A stretch of DNA of 64,000 bases, taken from Octopus vulgaris. Its lineage: Eukaryota. The notes below the pieces were generated by a model. The model was not told the origin of the DNA. It saw only the letters and a list, made by a program, of their open reading frames with translations, and did no database searches. Location: NCBI GenBank assembly GCA_951406725.2, contig OX597814.1, positions 102,300,001 through 102,364,000 of the forward strand, written 5' to 3'. Position numbers and translations under genes: made by a program. Below, in pieces: positions 1 to 12,265 of the stretch. Each line of letters opens with the position of its first letter. The stretch's first letter is position 1.

Positions 1-1351
1 ACTTCGGTTGACGAGAAGGATGGCCGAATAAGCTTGCCTTTTGGATATATGGTATCTGATTTAAAGGAACTAATGAATAAGGTGTTTCCTAACCTGAGGA
101 ATCAGTTTACACACCACAACTGGCTGACACCCGTGCCATTTTAGCTCCAAAGAATGTGGCGGTTGATGATTTGAACATCAAACTTCTGGAACAATTGCCA
201 GGTGAGCGTCACATCTACAATTCTATTGACACAGTACTCAACATCGGTGAAGCTGCGAATTATCCAGTTGAATTCTTGAATAGTCTAACATCACTCGGCT
301 TCCCACCTCACAACTTGCACCTCAAGATTGGGGCACCAGTTATGCTCCTTCGATCCGCCAAAGCTTTGCAATAACATATGACTTATAATAAAGAAGATGA
401 TGCTAACAGTCTTGGAGACAACAATTTTGACTGGTAAAGCAAGCGGTGAGCCTGTATTAATTCCTAGAATTCCACCTATTCCCTCGGATATGCCTTTCCA
501 GTACAAGCACCTGCAATTCCTGTTGAAACTGAGCTTTGCAAGGCCCAGGGGCAGTCCTTGGATGTGGTAGGTCTGAACCATGCAGAACCAGTTTTCTCCC
601 ATGGCCAACTTTATATGGGATGCTCTAGAGTCGGCAATCCTAATTACTTATTTATTTATGCCCCAGAAGGAAAGACCAAAAATGTTGTTTATCAAGAAGC
701 TCTGCAAACTTGATAAGATTCATCAAATTATCAGATATTTATTATTTAACTGTAATATTTGTAAGTGTTGTAAATGTATTGATAATCTACATGTTATTGT
801 ATTTTAAAATCTGTATGCAAATTTATTTGCATATCTACTGTAAAACTAAATGTCAGTCTGTTTTTACATTTATTGTAAATCTATTTCTACACTAGCGCCC
901 CTAAAGGTATATTCTCTGGGAACGCAGAAAAGCCTTTTTCAGAGTTATTTACTTTGAATTGTTATTATCTCATATCCTATTAGCCTGTTATTACGTAACA
1001 TGCTTCACGATTTTAGTATGCATACCTTATTAGTGTTTCCTCTTAAGTTATATATACTTTGGGAACACATTAAAACCCTTTTCCGGGTTACTTTATTTGA
1101 ATTCTTACTATCGGGTAACTGATTTCATGTTATTACGTAACTGACTTCACGATTTGGGCATTCATAACTTATTGGGATTTCCTAAAAACAAAATCCAATG
1201 TAAGACAGTTCGGTATTCTCTGCAAATTCACAAAAACCGTTTTTAGGGCTACATACTTTATATTGTTGTTATTAGATTAGCGAAACAGCAATGAGAACAG
1301 AACCAAGGGATAAGCCCCGCTTTTCCAGGAATTACCAGGTACGTCAGCTAA
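1..1351 (+). mobile_element. Helitron 3' portion with degraded PIF1-like helicase C-terminus (~130-713)
   Basis: ORF 156-374 (NYPVEFLNSL..GFPPHNLHLKIGAPVMLLR) continues after a frameshift as VLIPRIP..DMPFQYK..QGQSLDVVGL..VFSHGQLYMGCSRVG..TKNVVYQEAL, typical of Helitron RepHel helicase. The 3' end ccaggaattaccaggtacgtcagcta(a) resembles the Helitron end at 49963-49990. Confidence 0.9.
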
Positions 1352-1364
1352 TATATATATATAT

Positions 1365-1422
<58 letters not shown>
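1351..1422. repeat. (TA)n microsatellite
   Basis: Directly visible. Confidence 0.95.
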
Positions 1423-1424
<2 letters not shown>

Positions 1425-2570
1425 AGCAGACAATGGAATGGCAATGGCAAATGTCACTCTATGTGTGCTTCGTCGACTTTGAAAAAGCATTTGACAGCGT
1501 AGACAGACAGACAATCTGGGACATCTTACGACACTATGGTATGTCAGAGAAGATCGTGGGCATTATTCGATTACTCTACGAGGAGTTTTCTTGCCAGGTC
1601 ATCCATGCTGGGAGATTGTCGGAGGAATTCAGGGTCAGCACGGGAGTCAGACAGAGCTGTTTATTGCCACCGCTCCTGTTCCTCGTCGTGCTGGACTGGG
1701 TCACCAGGACGGCCTACGCTACCTCCGGCAAAGGTATTCAGTGGACACTGATGAACAAGCTGGAGGACTTGGACAACGCAGATGATCTCGCGCTACTGTC
1801 ACATCGCCTGCAAGACATACACGATAAGGTAGACCACCTGACAGAAACTTCACGGCGAGTGGACTTGAGGATCAGCCGGGAAAAGACAAAAGTGCTGCGT
1901 ATCAACAACAAGTAGGAAGAGCCAATCACAATCGAGGGGGCACCTGTAGAGGACGTTAGTGAGTCTGTCTATCTTGGCAGCAAGATCAGCAAATCAGGTG
2001 GATCAGACGAGGACATCACGGCAAGAAGCAAGAAGGCTTGGCAAGCCTTCGCTATTCTTCAGCCGGTATGGAAGTCCAATGCCATCTCAACTCGAACTAA
2101 ACTCCGCTTATTTAGTTCAAACATAAAATCTGTGCTTTTGTATGGCTCTGAAATATGGAGAGCCACCTGCAGCAACTACAAGAAAATCCAGACCTTCATC
2201 AATAAATGTCTCCGGCAGATCCTCCATCTGAAGTGGTTTGACAGAGTGCCAAACATCGACCTGTGGGAAAGGGCTAACCAGGAGTCCATACATGCTCAGA
2301 TTAGATGAAGGAAATGGAGATGGATCGGACACACACTGCGGAAAGAACCCTCAAATGTGACACGACAAGCACTTGACTGGAACCCGCAGGGGAAAAGGAA
2401 GCGAGGACGCTCGAAGCAGACATGGAAGCGGAGCATTTTGGACGAGCTCAGGACCACCGGCCCGACATGGGAAGCAGCCAAGAAACACGCCAATGACCGC
2501 AAAAAGTGGAAAACAACTGTTGAGGCCCTATGCTCGACAGGGGACAAAAAGGATTAAGAAGATTATATGC
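1421..2570 (+). mobile_element. 5'-truncated RTE-clade LINE (RT and C-terminus, several stops)
   Basis: FVDFEKAFDSVDR, TGVRQSCLLPPLLF, DLDNADDLALL, then LLYGSEIW and ALDWNPQGKRKRGR..TW..WKTTVEALCS, followed by a short taagaaga tail. Confidence 0.92.
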
Positions 2571-2680
2571 ACACATAGAATTCACACATTGACGCTGCTG
2601 TTAATGTAACTGTGTCGAAGCCTTTTCAATAACAATAACCAATTGATAGCATTAATAGCTATTATATATATACACACATA

Positions 2681-2909
2681 AGGCGGTGAGCTGGCAGAAA
2701 CGTTAGCGCGCCGGGCGAAATGCTTACTGGTATTTCGTCTGTCGTTACGTTCTGAGTTCAAATTCCGCTGAGGTCGACTTTGCCTTTCATCCTCTCGGGG
2801 TCGATAAATAACGTACCAGTTTTGCACTGGATCGATGTAATCGACTTAATCCCTTTGTCTGTCCTTATTTGTCCCCTCTATGTTTAGCCCCTTGTGGGTA
2901 GTAAAGAGA
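2681..2909 (+). mobile_element. tRNA-derived SINE, family A
   Basis: Head ggcggtgagctggcagaa..gagttcaaattcc (A/B-box-like), body gcctttcatcct..ggggtcgataaa..gtaccag, tail ttgtcccctctatgtttagccccttgtgggt. At least 7 copies in the window. Confidence 0.88.
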
Positions 2910-3439
2910 TATATATATATATATACACACACACACATATGTATATATAATTAATCAAAGGACATATATATGTGGGGGGTGCGTATATTACATGCATACA
3001 TATGTACGTACGAATGTATGGCTATATGTATATCGCTATAGATACATTCAGTATTTATATGAAAAAAACTATATAAAAATACTGCATTAAAATAAGCAAA
3101 TTTATAAGAGTAGCAGTTATCAGTTACCAGGTGACTAGGCGTCTTTCCCAGTTTATCACCCACTCAAGGAGATTCTCTCTTCCTTCCTCTCTCTCACTCT
3201 CTCTCTCACATACACATCTCTTTCGCACACATACACACACTACTCTTTCACACACACACTCGCTATCTGTCTGTCTCTTTCTTCTCTTCCTCTCACACGC
3301 ATACACAAGACAGGTACACACACACACACATACACAAATATACTCAATCGTATAGAGGTCTATTTCTTTTATTTTAATCTTATGTATGTTTGATAGTGCC
3401 TCGACAAAATCATGCATAACATACATACACAAATAGGTA

Positions 3440-3600
3440 CACGTTTAAACGCGCGCAAATATGCACGTAGTCCTCACTACTGCACGTCGCCACTGACTCA
3501 CAGCCGTACGTGTAACGAAGTCTAACTTTCACTGGTGGGGGTACGTGAGTCCGTAGAAAATTCACTAATTACAACAGATGTAAACTAGCTGCTGAACAGG
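3440..3600 (+). promoter_or_regulatory. Candidate promoter with clustered RCGTG (HRE-like) motifs and an AP-1 site
   Basis: CACGT/ACGTG at 3440, 3464, 3483, 3508 and 3543, TGACTCA at 3494-3500, in CpG-rich unique sequence. Confidence 0.45.
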
Positions 3601-3992
3601 CGTTACTTGTGTCTGCTGGTCGCTTCCTTTCCCCCGCTTTTCTCTCAACTCTTTTCACTTTCTCTCTTTCGATTAACACCACACGCACAGATTCAACCAA
3701 GCGTATAAATATAAACCTCTATATAAAAAAGCTTCGTACATAAGATTACTAAATAGCTGTCGTCGTCTATAAGCATTTATCGATTAACTCAAATGTATAT
3801 ATATATATATATAAAAACAGAAACTTATGTGTATCCATTTAACATTAATTAATAAATATTTAAATATAACATAAACCACCTCATTCTCTGATTTCCCAAA
3901 ACAAATCCCAAAGGAATTCAGGATGAGTTGATTTTCCGGAGATAATTACCTGAAGAGATGGGAACAAACTGGTAACTCTTACTATTTATAAG
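3600..3992 (+). other. Candidate non-coding first exon ending at donor AAG|gtacgt
   Basis: Unique sequence downstream of the motif cluster, donor-like site at 3992/3993, then T-rich intron-like DNA. Only tiny uORFs (ATGAGTTGA; ATGGGAACAAACTGGTAA). Start position is a guess. Confidence 0.35.
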
Positions 3993-4410
3993 GTACGTGG
4001 TATCTTTTCTATATATCTTTTAATTTTTTTTTTAATCTTCATCTCTGTCATAATTTAATTTCTTTTACTTAATGATTTTTAAATCGTAACTCTTACGTTT
4101 TCATCGATTCACGTTAAAAGTCTTTCCCATTTTCTCGTATAAACAATAAGCCAGCCAATACAAGTGGGTATACCGGTACCAGCCGGCGACACCAGCGAGG
4201 GTACTGTTATGTTGACAGCATACAGCTGCAATCAGTTTTGTTTGTATGAGTGACTTTTGTTAGGAGACATGCTAATAATGTGTACCTTTTGCTAGGCCTG
4301 TTTGTTGTCAATTTGATCTTCTGTATAAACATATGTCAGTGGAAACGATACAGGAGATGTAAAGGCGAAGAGAAAGTTATCAAGTTGAAAGCTTTCTTTG
4401 GTTTAACAAG

Positions 4411-4460
<50 letters not shown>
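4411..4460. repeat. (AAT)n microsatellite
   Basis: Directly visible. Confidence 0.95.
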
Positions 4461-4461
<1 letters not shown>

Positions 4462-5350
4462 TAGAAGTTCTAATTAGTCAATATATTTAAACTGTAATCA
4501 GAACACTTAGAGTAGTTCTAAAAGTGCATAATCATAAGCGTTCGCTGTCTTTTCTAAATTCTAAATCCTATTTATCAATTTTATTATATTGTTATAATCC
4601 TTGAATAACAAAAAATACAGGGGCATGTTTGATTTATAAGTACATGTAATGTGTAAGATTGTTTGTGGGTGCTACTTGAAGTTTACTTAGAAATATCTAC
4701 TTGGTGAGTAAGTGCGAGTGCGTGCGGGGTCTGCTTTCTTTTGACGTCAAAACGAGTGTTTGTTTACCTTTCTTATTTATTGTCCCAGTAGAAATCCAAT
4801 TATTTAAATAAATAACGTTAAAAAAGGAGAGAAGAGATATCGGCGCAGATCGAAAGAAATCTCAGCACATCGTCAATTTCTTATAAATTTCTGTTTACAT
4901 GGGTCTATAAAACATGATTATGAACTGTCTATTATTTATGTACTGAGGCGGCTGTTTACTTAAGATAGATATACTGTTTTTGTGTTGGCGGTGTAAAATA
5001 TTACATATGGTATAACATATACATGTGTATGTTTTGTTCATGTAAATACGTATTCCAATATTCGTCAATACGTGGGGGAATACCTTTCGAATTGAAAGTA
5101 AATACCTGGTGAACCGAATTTTCGATGCCCAGTTCTTTGATTTCACTTAGCTACTCAACTATGGGAAAAAGCACGGACCCTATAATTTTCATTCCTCTTA
5201 CGAAATAGACAATCTAATTATTTGTTGGGAGATATCGCTGATCAAAAAAAAAAAAATTGATATATTTTTGGGTTTGTGGGTTTGCCGATTAGATTTTTCA
5301 CAGGTCTATGTATGTTTGTAAAATGCGAACACACATACACACACACGAAC

Positions 5351-5385
<35 letters not shown>

Positions 5386-5569
5386 CTTTATGTATAAATG
5401 TTAAGGTTTTGTGTGTGTTATTTTTTTTCCCTAATATTTCAAGAATAGAACGTTTGTTTATTTTGATATGTACTCTTTCTTCCAAAGTGTGAGCATGCGT
5501 GTATGTGTGTGTGTGTGTGTGCGTGTGTTATGAGGATGTATCTGTTTATAAATAAGTACTCTCACAATT

Positions 5570-5850
5570 TTAAGGTTATGAGTTCGATGCCTGGTAACGC
5601 GCTGTGTCCTTGTGCAAGGCACTCTAAGTTTACTGCAGTCCACTCAACCGGCAAAAATGAGTTCTACCAGTAATTCAAAGGGTCAGCCTTGCCATATTCT
5701 GTGTCTCGCAGAAGCTCCCTAAGAACCACGTGAAGGGCACGCATGTCTGGGTGCTCACCCACTTGCTCGTTAATCATTCGAACAGGCTGTTCCACTGATC
5801 CTATCTGCTGGAACACTCATCGTAGTTACCGACGGAGTGCCAAAAGATGC
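5570..5850 (+). mobile_element. Degraded SINE, family C-related
   Basis: gagttcgatgcctgg..gtgtccttgtgcaaggcact..cagtccactca..ggcaaaaatgagt. Homologous to 60695-61010 (-). Confidence 0.7.
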
Positions 5851-6290
5851 TGGTATGTTAAGAAGAACAGCACTTTTATTTGTTTGTCATGACAGAATCA
5901 TCTCAAACATATGTCTATTTACTTGGAATGATACCAAATTCATCATTTACGTTCTGCTTGAATTCATTTTTGTTTGGCTCCAGATTCGCTCTGAGCAGAC
6001 CTATCGTCAAAGGTACTCCAGCCGTGATTCTGCCGTATTTTTGGTATACACATGAAACGTACGATTACATTGTTCCATATGTCTTTTTCGAAGACAGTCA
6101 AGTACAGTTTGAGAGAAATTTTGCTGCTATTTCTAGCATTTCCGAACAAAACACAGAAGCTCCCTCATTGGTTCGTTTGAATTCGTTATGAAAGATGAAT
6201 TTTTACGATCTAGATGTCTAACTGATATACTCAAGCGCATGCATATATATGTGTTTATATACACACAAACATCTTAAATATAACTATAAG

Positions 6291-6388
6291 GCGAAGGTAA
6301 AGAATACGCACACCATCCGTTTTCGGCGTTCAGGGTTAGGGTTAGGGTTACGCCGAGAACGGGTGGTGTGCGTATTCTTTACCTCCGC
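6291..6388. mobile_element. 98-bp foldback element with a telomere-repeat loop
   Basis: ~39-bp near-perfect inverted arms (gcgaaggtaaagaatacgcacaccatccgttttcggcgt / acgccgagaacgggtggtgtgcgtattctttacctccgc) around tcagggttagggttagggtt. Confidence 0.75.
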
Positions 6389-6736
6389 TGTTTATGGGGA
6401 CGTAAAGCAACTAACACGGGTTGTCAAGCGGTAGTGGTGGGGCAAACACAAATACACACATACACACGCGCACGCACATGCATACCCCCCCACACACACA
6501 CATATACACACATTCATACACATGAACACAGACATACACACAAACACACAAGGCCGTCCTAGCATTGTAGCACCACGGGTAAATCAAAGTACTTGGTCAT
6601 ATAGTATTTATGGTACATTTTTTTATCGTATTTATTTATTAACAGCAAGCAAAGCATACATAGATCAGAATTTCGACCCCCAACGAGTGGAAGCCCCAGG
6701 GCAACTGCCCAATGTATAAACGCCTTACGGCGGTAC

Positions 6737-6805
<69 letters not shown>

Positions 6806-6959
6806 AACGTTTCCGGATAATTTCCCTTCTTGGGTACTGGACAACCGCCTGGCTAGAGACAGCAGCCAGCCGACCTTACTCACAGTATATACTTACCTTA
6901 GCGGATATGTATATATATATATATCGCCATGTTGATTCGCTAGCTTCTGCACGCATTTT

Positions 6960-7134
6960 TTTTTCTCTCCTTGTTTCTTTCCGTATTTCTTTTCTGTGTA
7001 TCTTTCTGTTGAAGAGCGTAGGCTCGAAACGTAAAAGACTTGTTTTATTTATATTCCTGAGCGCCATACTAATACAATTGTTTGTTTGTATTCCACCTGC
7101 CTTCGACTTTTGTTTATTTTCATAAAGCTTCCCG

Positions 7135-7140
<6 letters not shown>
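6960..7140 (+). mobile_element. Penelope-like element terminal (pLTR) fragment with hammerhead-like motif
   Basis: ctgttgaagagcgtaggctcgaaacgt..actaatac..ccacctgccttcg matches the terminus attached to the PLE RT at 53145-54330. Abuts (TA)n. Confidence 0.7.
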
Positions 7141-7169
<29 letters not shown>

Positions 7170-7175
<6 letters not shown>

Positions 7176-7300
7176 TAATCCAAACGGAAAAACAGAAAAA
7201 ACAACAACACGTGGAACAATTAAAGTATTATTATTAGGCGCTCAGGAAAGAGGGAAGAAGGAGGGTATGACGTTTCGAGCGGAGCTCTTCGTCGGAAACA
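7170..7300 (-). mobile_element. Penelope-like terminal fragment with hammerhead-like motif
   Basis: Minus strand reads ccgacgaagagctccgctcgaaacgtca..cctgagcgcctaataatac. Adjacent to (TA)n. Confidence 0.6.
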
Positions 7301-8064
7301 TACACGCATGCACACACACATATACATGCACGCACGCACACACACGTACGCGCACACATACACATACATACATACATACATACATACATACATACATACA
7401 TACATACATACATACATACATACATACACACATACATACCGGGTTTGCGAGGTGTACGCTGCACACCCATCGAAAATGGCAAATTCATTATAAATATTAA
7501 CCTTACTCATTAATCTAATCGCATCTTAATGGAAAATTTTTGTTATGCGCCTGCTTGCAATTTGGTGGCATTGCGAGTGGCAGGACGACCCAATACAACA
7601 ACCACCATACCATACACGTGAATCCGTGCATCTGTTGAATTCAATCGTAAATATATATGTAGAGCCATGCATGTGTATATGTAACACTAAATACATTCTG
7701 ATTTTCCGACTTGATATCCAGCATCCCACAATAAAACTATTTTTTGTGAATTGGAATATTGGACAGATCCTCAGACGATTTCACAATAACCTGTAGTTTT
7801 CCTATGACAAGAATTTCAAAAAATAGAAAAGTATAAGTAAAATCATAGGATAGGCATGTATGTTTGAATGAGCTTCTGTGTGTTGATGAGCACACACACA
7901 CACACACAAATAGAGAGAAAAAGTGAAAGAGTGATGTATAGATATATAAATATATATACCTATATATAGATTTATACGTATATGCAGATATACATTTGTA
8001 TGTATATATGCATATATCTATATCTATATCTATCTATCTATTTAGCCAGTTGTCTGTCTATCTC

Positions 8065-8146
<82 letters not shown>

Positions 8147-8150
8147 CATC

Positions 8151-8585
8151 CACAGGGGTTGGACAAAATAATGGAAACACTTTAAAATTTCAAACAAATT
8201 TATTTTAATATGGGGTAAGACAGCCTTTGGCAGTAATTACAGCTTGGTTTCTACGAGATATGGGCTCGTACAAAATTTTGAATTGTTTCCAAAGGAATGT
8301 TTGTCCATTCTTCAGCTAAAACAGTCTCCAGTTCTTGTAGTGATGATGGTAGAGGATATCGACTCCTTGTTTTTCTAAAATGCACCATAAATGTTCAGTA
8401 ATATTGAGATCTAGGGACAGTGGTGGCCAGATAAGATGTTCAACTTCACTAGAATGTTTCTCCTGCCATTCAGTAACAAATTTAGCTGTCTGAATTGGTG
8501 CATTATCATCCTGAAAGATTGCATTTCCCTCCAGAAACAGTTTCGCAACCATAGGATGAATTTGATCAGATAAAATGCTTAACTA
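8151..8585 (-). mobile_element. Tc1-family transposon 3' fragment with TIR
   Basis: IFQDDNAPIQTAK..WPPLSLDLNITEHLW (Tc1 DDE C-terminal motifs) and TIR caggggttggacaaaataatggaaacac. Confidence 0.88.
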
Positions 8586-9280
8586 GTTTTGTGTGTATGT
8601 ATGTGTGTGTGTGTGCGTGCGCGCAGAAACATGTATTGGCATGTTAGACTAGTGTCTTAAAACTTAAGATCGTCCGCGCATTGCGAGTAAAATTTGTTAT
8701 ATGGAAACTGTATGGAACTTCCGTCCGGGGTGCTATATGTGCAATGCAAAGGACCCCACATGTCACACGCTACTGTCGATTGTGGCTATGGTAGGAAGAT
8801 AGCATTAAAGGTATAACATGCCTGTGGAACATTCATGCACTCGTACTATTTTTGAATGTATGGGTAGTTCACATGATCGAGCAACTAAATTATCCACGTA
8901 TATGTATCTATTCATGTACATACCTATGTACGTACATACGTACACATATACGAACATATTCACGTGTGTGTGCGTGTATATGTATGTGTGTACGTATATA
9001 TATATATACATGCATAGATAAGTACATGTATAGATACACAAATGTATGTGTGTGTGTGTAAACTATACGTGCACCCTCACGAACGAATAAACAACTAAAG
9101 TGGCGGTTTTTCCATAATCGCAGATGTGCATCATCTTTCGATCGTTGCGACACGGTCCACTTTTGAAGGTTAAAAAGGCTTTATTGCTGAGTAAGTTCAC
9201 AAAAAATTTGGTTTAAATGTGCTGCGGAGAAATGGCTAAAATTTGCCCTGTTTATACATATACCATATATTACGTATATG

Positions 9281-9356
<76 letters not shown>

Positions 9357-9359
9357 AAA

Positions 9360-9709
9360 TTAGAGATAAAACCACTATTAGACAAATCAATAAAAATGGT
9401 AAGACAACAAAAGAATGAAAGGGACCTCGATATTATGTGAATAGAGAAATTTATCTGTAAATGTAATATGTGACAATTATTCGGTAGCCATGATAAGACT
9501 CCGAGTTTCGAATGCCGAGATGGAAAACCACGCCGCCATCTTTTCAGTTATCCGGCCATCGGAAAAAATGCTATGAAAATGACCGTTATATAAAGGGAAA
9601 TAAATGTGTGATTGACCGTTATTAAGACAAAAGATCTATTTGAATGACCGCTAAGTGAGGGGAGGGAGTAAAAGTAAGGGGGTAAAAATGTTCATAGTAT
9701 TCGCGTAAG

Positions 9710-9710
<1 letters not shown>
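9360..9710 (-). mobile_element. Solo terminal fragment of a Penelope-like family related to the element at 50775-53120
   Basis: Clear similarity to 50775-50920 (tcggtag..gataa..actc.gagtttc..atgccga..tggaaa.ccac..ccatct..ttatc.ggc). Flanked by (TA)n. Confidence 0.7.
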
Positions 9711-9740
<30 letters not shown>

Positions 9741-9849
9741 TTCTAATTCTATACCACGTACACACATACACCACACACACACACACACACACACTGAGTA
9801 GAATTAGAAATAGAAAGTCTTTGATACATATATTGTATCATATATTGTC

Positions 9850-10272
9850 CTCAAAAATTTGTCCTATGAAGAAAGGCTGAGGACGCTCGACCTTTATTCT
9901 CTTGAAAAACGCCGCCGCCGTGGTGATCTCATTCTCGCCCACAACATCATAAGCGGAAAGTGTAACCTCTCGAAAGAGCTGTTCTTCACTCCTGCTCCAG
10001 AGCGTCGGCTGCGGGGTCATTCCGAAAAGCTCTACCTGCGACGATTTCATCTCAATTGAAGGAGAGGAGCTTTCTCCGTCCGGGTTGCGGATCCGTGGAA
10101 CAAGCTGCCAGACGAGATGGTGAAGATGCCGACGACCGCTTTGTTCAAAGCCTCCCTGGACCTCAAGTGGCCTGAACTCTTTACATGAACACCACCCTGT
10201 ACTTAACTCCATGTCCCCCTACATGACCTTGCTATTTGCTTTTGAGCCAAATTAACTAACTAACTAACTATA
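9850..10272 (+). mobile_element. CR1-clade LINE 3' fragment
   Basis: SYEERLRTLDLYSLEKRRRRGDLI..LRGHSEKL..*RRGAFSVRVADPWNKLP..FKASLD with a (ctaa)n tail. Confidence 0.9.
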
Positions 10273-10897
10273 ATTGTATTATCTCATATGGTACATATAT
10301 ATTTCTTTTTCTTCTTTCGGTCGCGCTGCTTTCGCAGATTCCTATGACTCTCGGTCGCCATCGAATTCCATTATGAATTTGAACTGGGAGCTCGAGTCAT
10401 AGGGAATTTTCCATTAGCTGATTATACAACCATGGGCACCTCCCCTATGGATGCGTTGTAGTTACTCTCTTGATGGAGCTTGGTGATTTTGACCATTGCT
10501 CTTCTGGAATTCTCTTCCGCTATCTCTTCACAATCCGCCATGCTGCAGTTCCATGACTCAGCCTTATTTCTGGCAGGGTGCTATACCTTGCCAAAGGGCA
10601 GCCCATAACTATGCAGGGTACGGTCGTCACTGCGTAAGGTATCCTCAAAATACCCGCATATAACACATATAATACATGTATTATGTAAAAAAAACACTCT
10701 GCTCGTTGCGATAGCAAATGAAATAGAAATAAATTATAAAACTTTATTCTTTCGATGTGACCCTGAAGATGGGGATCCCTGGTATAGAGCATGGTACCAG
10801 GCTTAAAAAAACAAAAAGAAAATGCTACTAGGGTCGATTTATCCGACTAAACACTCTCAGGTGGTGTTCTAGCATGGCTGGAATCTAGACTGACACA

Positions 10898-10956
<59 letters not shown>

Positions 10957-11354
10957 ACACACACATACATACACACACACATAGCGTGGTCAAACTACAT
11001 GTACTGAAGCACTACTAATAGTTTCATATGTCGAGAGAACTCAAACATATTCTTCAGGCGCAAACCACATATAACGAACTAAAGAATTTGATTAATAGAA
11101 GAAACGCGAAATAAACTGAGAACTAATTTAGGTGCAATATGGTTTGAAACAGTGTGGTGCGGAAACAATTGTAACGAATAATAAAAGTCGTGTCATTTAT
11201 TCTTCGTCTTTCTTACTTATATGTTACTCTTCGAAATCTAAATACATACACGCTGTTTTTACCAGTGAGGAATTTCGAGTTTTTTTGTACCAGCGAACTT
11301 GGAAGTTTTCTTAAAGTTGTAGTGTGTGTATATATGTGTACATATATATATATA

Positions 11355-11462
11355 GGAGAATTCACCAAAAAAAAAAAAGACGAAGACAGGTGGGTGGTGT
11401 AGACAACAAACTCTTCCCGAGCGTTATTAGTATAATGCTCGGGAAGTGAAAAAGTCTTTAAC

Positions 11463-11465
<3 letters not shown>
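11355..11465 (-). mobile_element. Penelope pLTR fragment
   Basis: ggagaattcac..gaagacaggtggg..tagacaacaaac..ctcgggaagtgaaaaagt, as at 53145. Confidence 0.65.
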
Positions 11466-11519
<54 letters not shown>

Positions 11520-11615
11520 GGAGTAAACATAAATGTGAAACAAGGTGGAAAAAAGAGTACTCAAATACCAGTGGTAGAGTAATATGCTTTATTTAAAGCA
11601 GCAGAAAATTCAACA

Positions 11616-11660
11616 AAATCTGTTACTCTGAGTTTCTCGTTGCCGTTCATCAGACAGTTT
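11616..11660 (-). ncRNA. Minimal type I hammerhead ribozyme motif in a PLE-like terminal repeat (11518-11660)
   Basis: Minus strand: aaactgt CTGATGA acggcaacga GAAA ctcagag TA acagattt. Stem I ctgt/acag, intact core, stem III ctc/gag. Confidence 0.65.
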
Positions 11661-12104
11661 TTATATATATATATATTCAAGAGAGACTCAACTTGACAAA
11701 CTAATATCATTTCCTCGCGTGTAGAATTATAAATGCAGGCTTTTATCCCTTTTATTGGCTTGCTGAATGTGATCTGACCCGAGGCAAAGGAAAACAACTA
11801 TACAAGTAGCTCGAAGAGATGCTGTCTCCACTGTTCATCGTCTCTACCACTAATTATAACTTTCTCTTAACTGACATGCGTTTTACTTGTGCTGCAGCAA
11901 GACCTACTCATTTTTATCATCATTCTTAATATGTCCCACTTCCAAATCATTCTTCCTAGAACAGTTTTTGGACTTCTTCAAGCAAGAGTTCAGTTTTTTT
12001 TTTGTTTCTTGCTTAAAAATGCAGTATTCTTTTTTTTTTGTCTTGAATATTACGATCTTGCTATATTTAATGGTTTTTATTATTTTGGCACAAGGCCAGC
12101 AATT

Positions 12105-12265
12105 TTCAGGAGAAGGAGAAGTCGATTACTGGTTCTTATTTTATCGACTACGAAAGGATAACAATGTCGACCTCGGCAGCATTTAATCTCAGAACGTAAA
12201 GGGCCAAAAGAAATGCTGCTAAGCATTTTCCCCGGCGTGGTAACGATTCTATTAGCTCGCCGCCT
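12105..12265 (-). mobile_element. SINE family A, degraded
   Basis: Reverse copy of the ggcgagc..agaatcgtta..gccgaggtcgac head and body. Confidence 0.75.

Noticed and set aside
6890-6900. atacttacct, identical to the U1 snRNA 5' end
   Set aside because: The match stops after 10 nt and no U1 body follows.
10338-10408. Hairpin attcctatgactc...gagtcatagggaat
   Set aside because: The middle of the stem pairs poorly, insufficient for a miRNA call.
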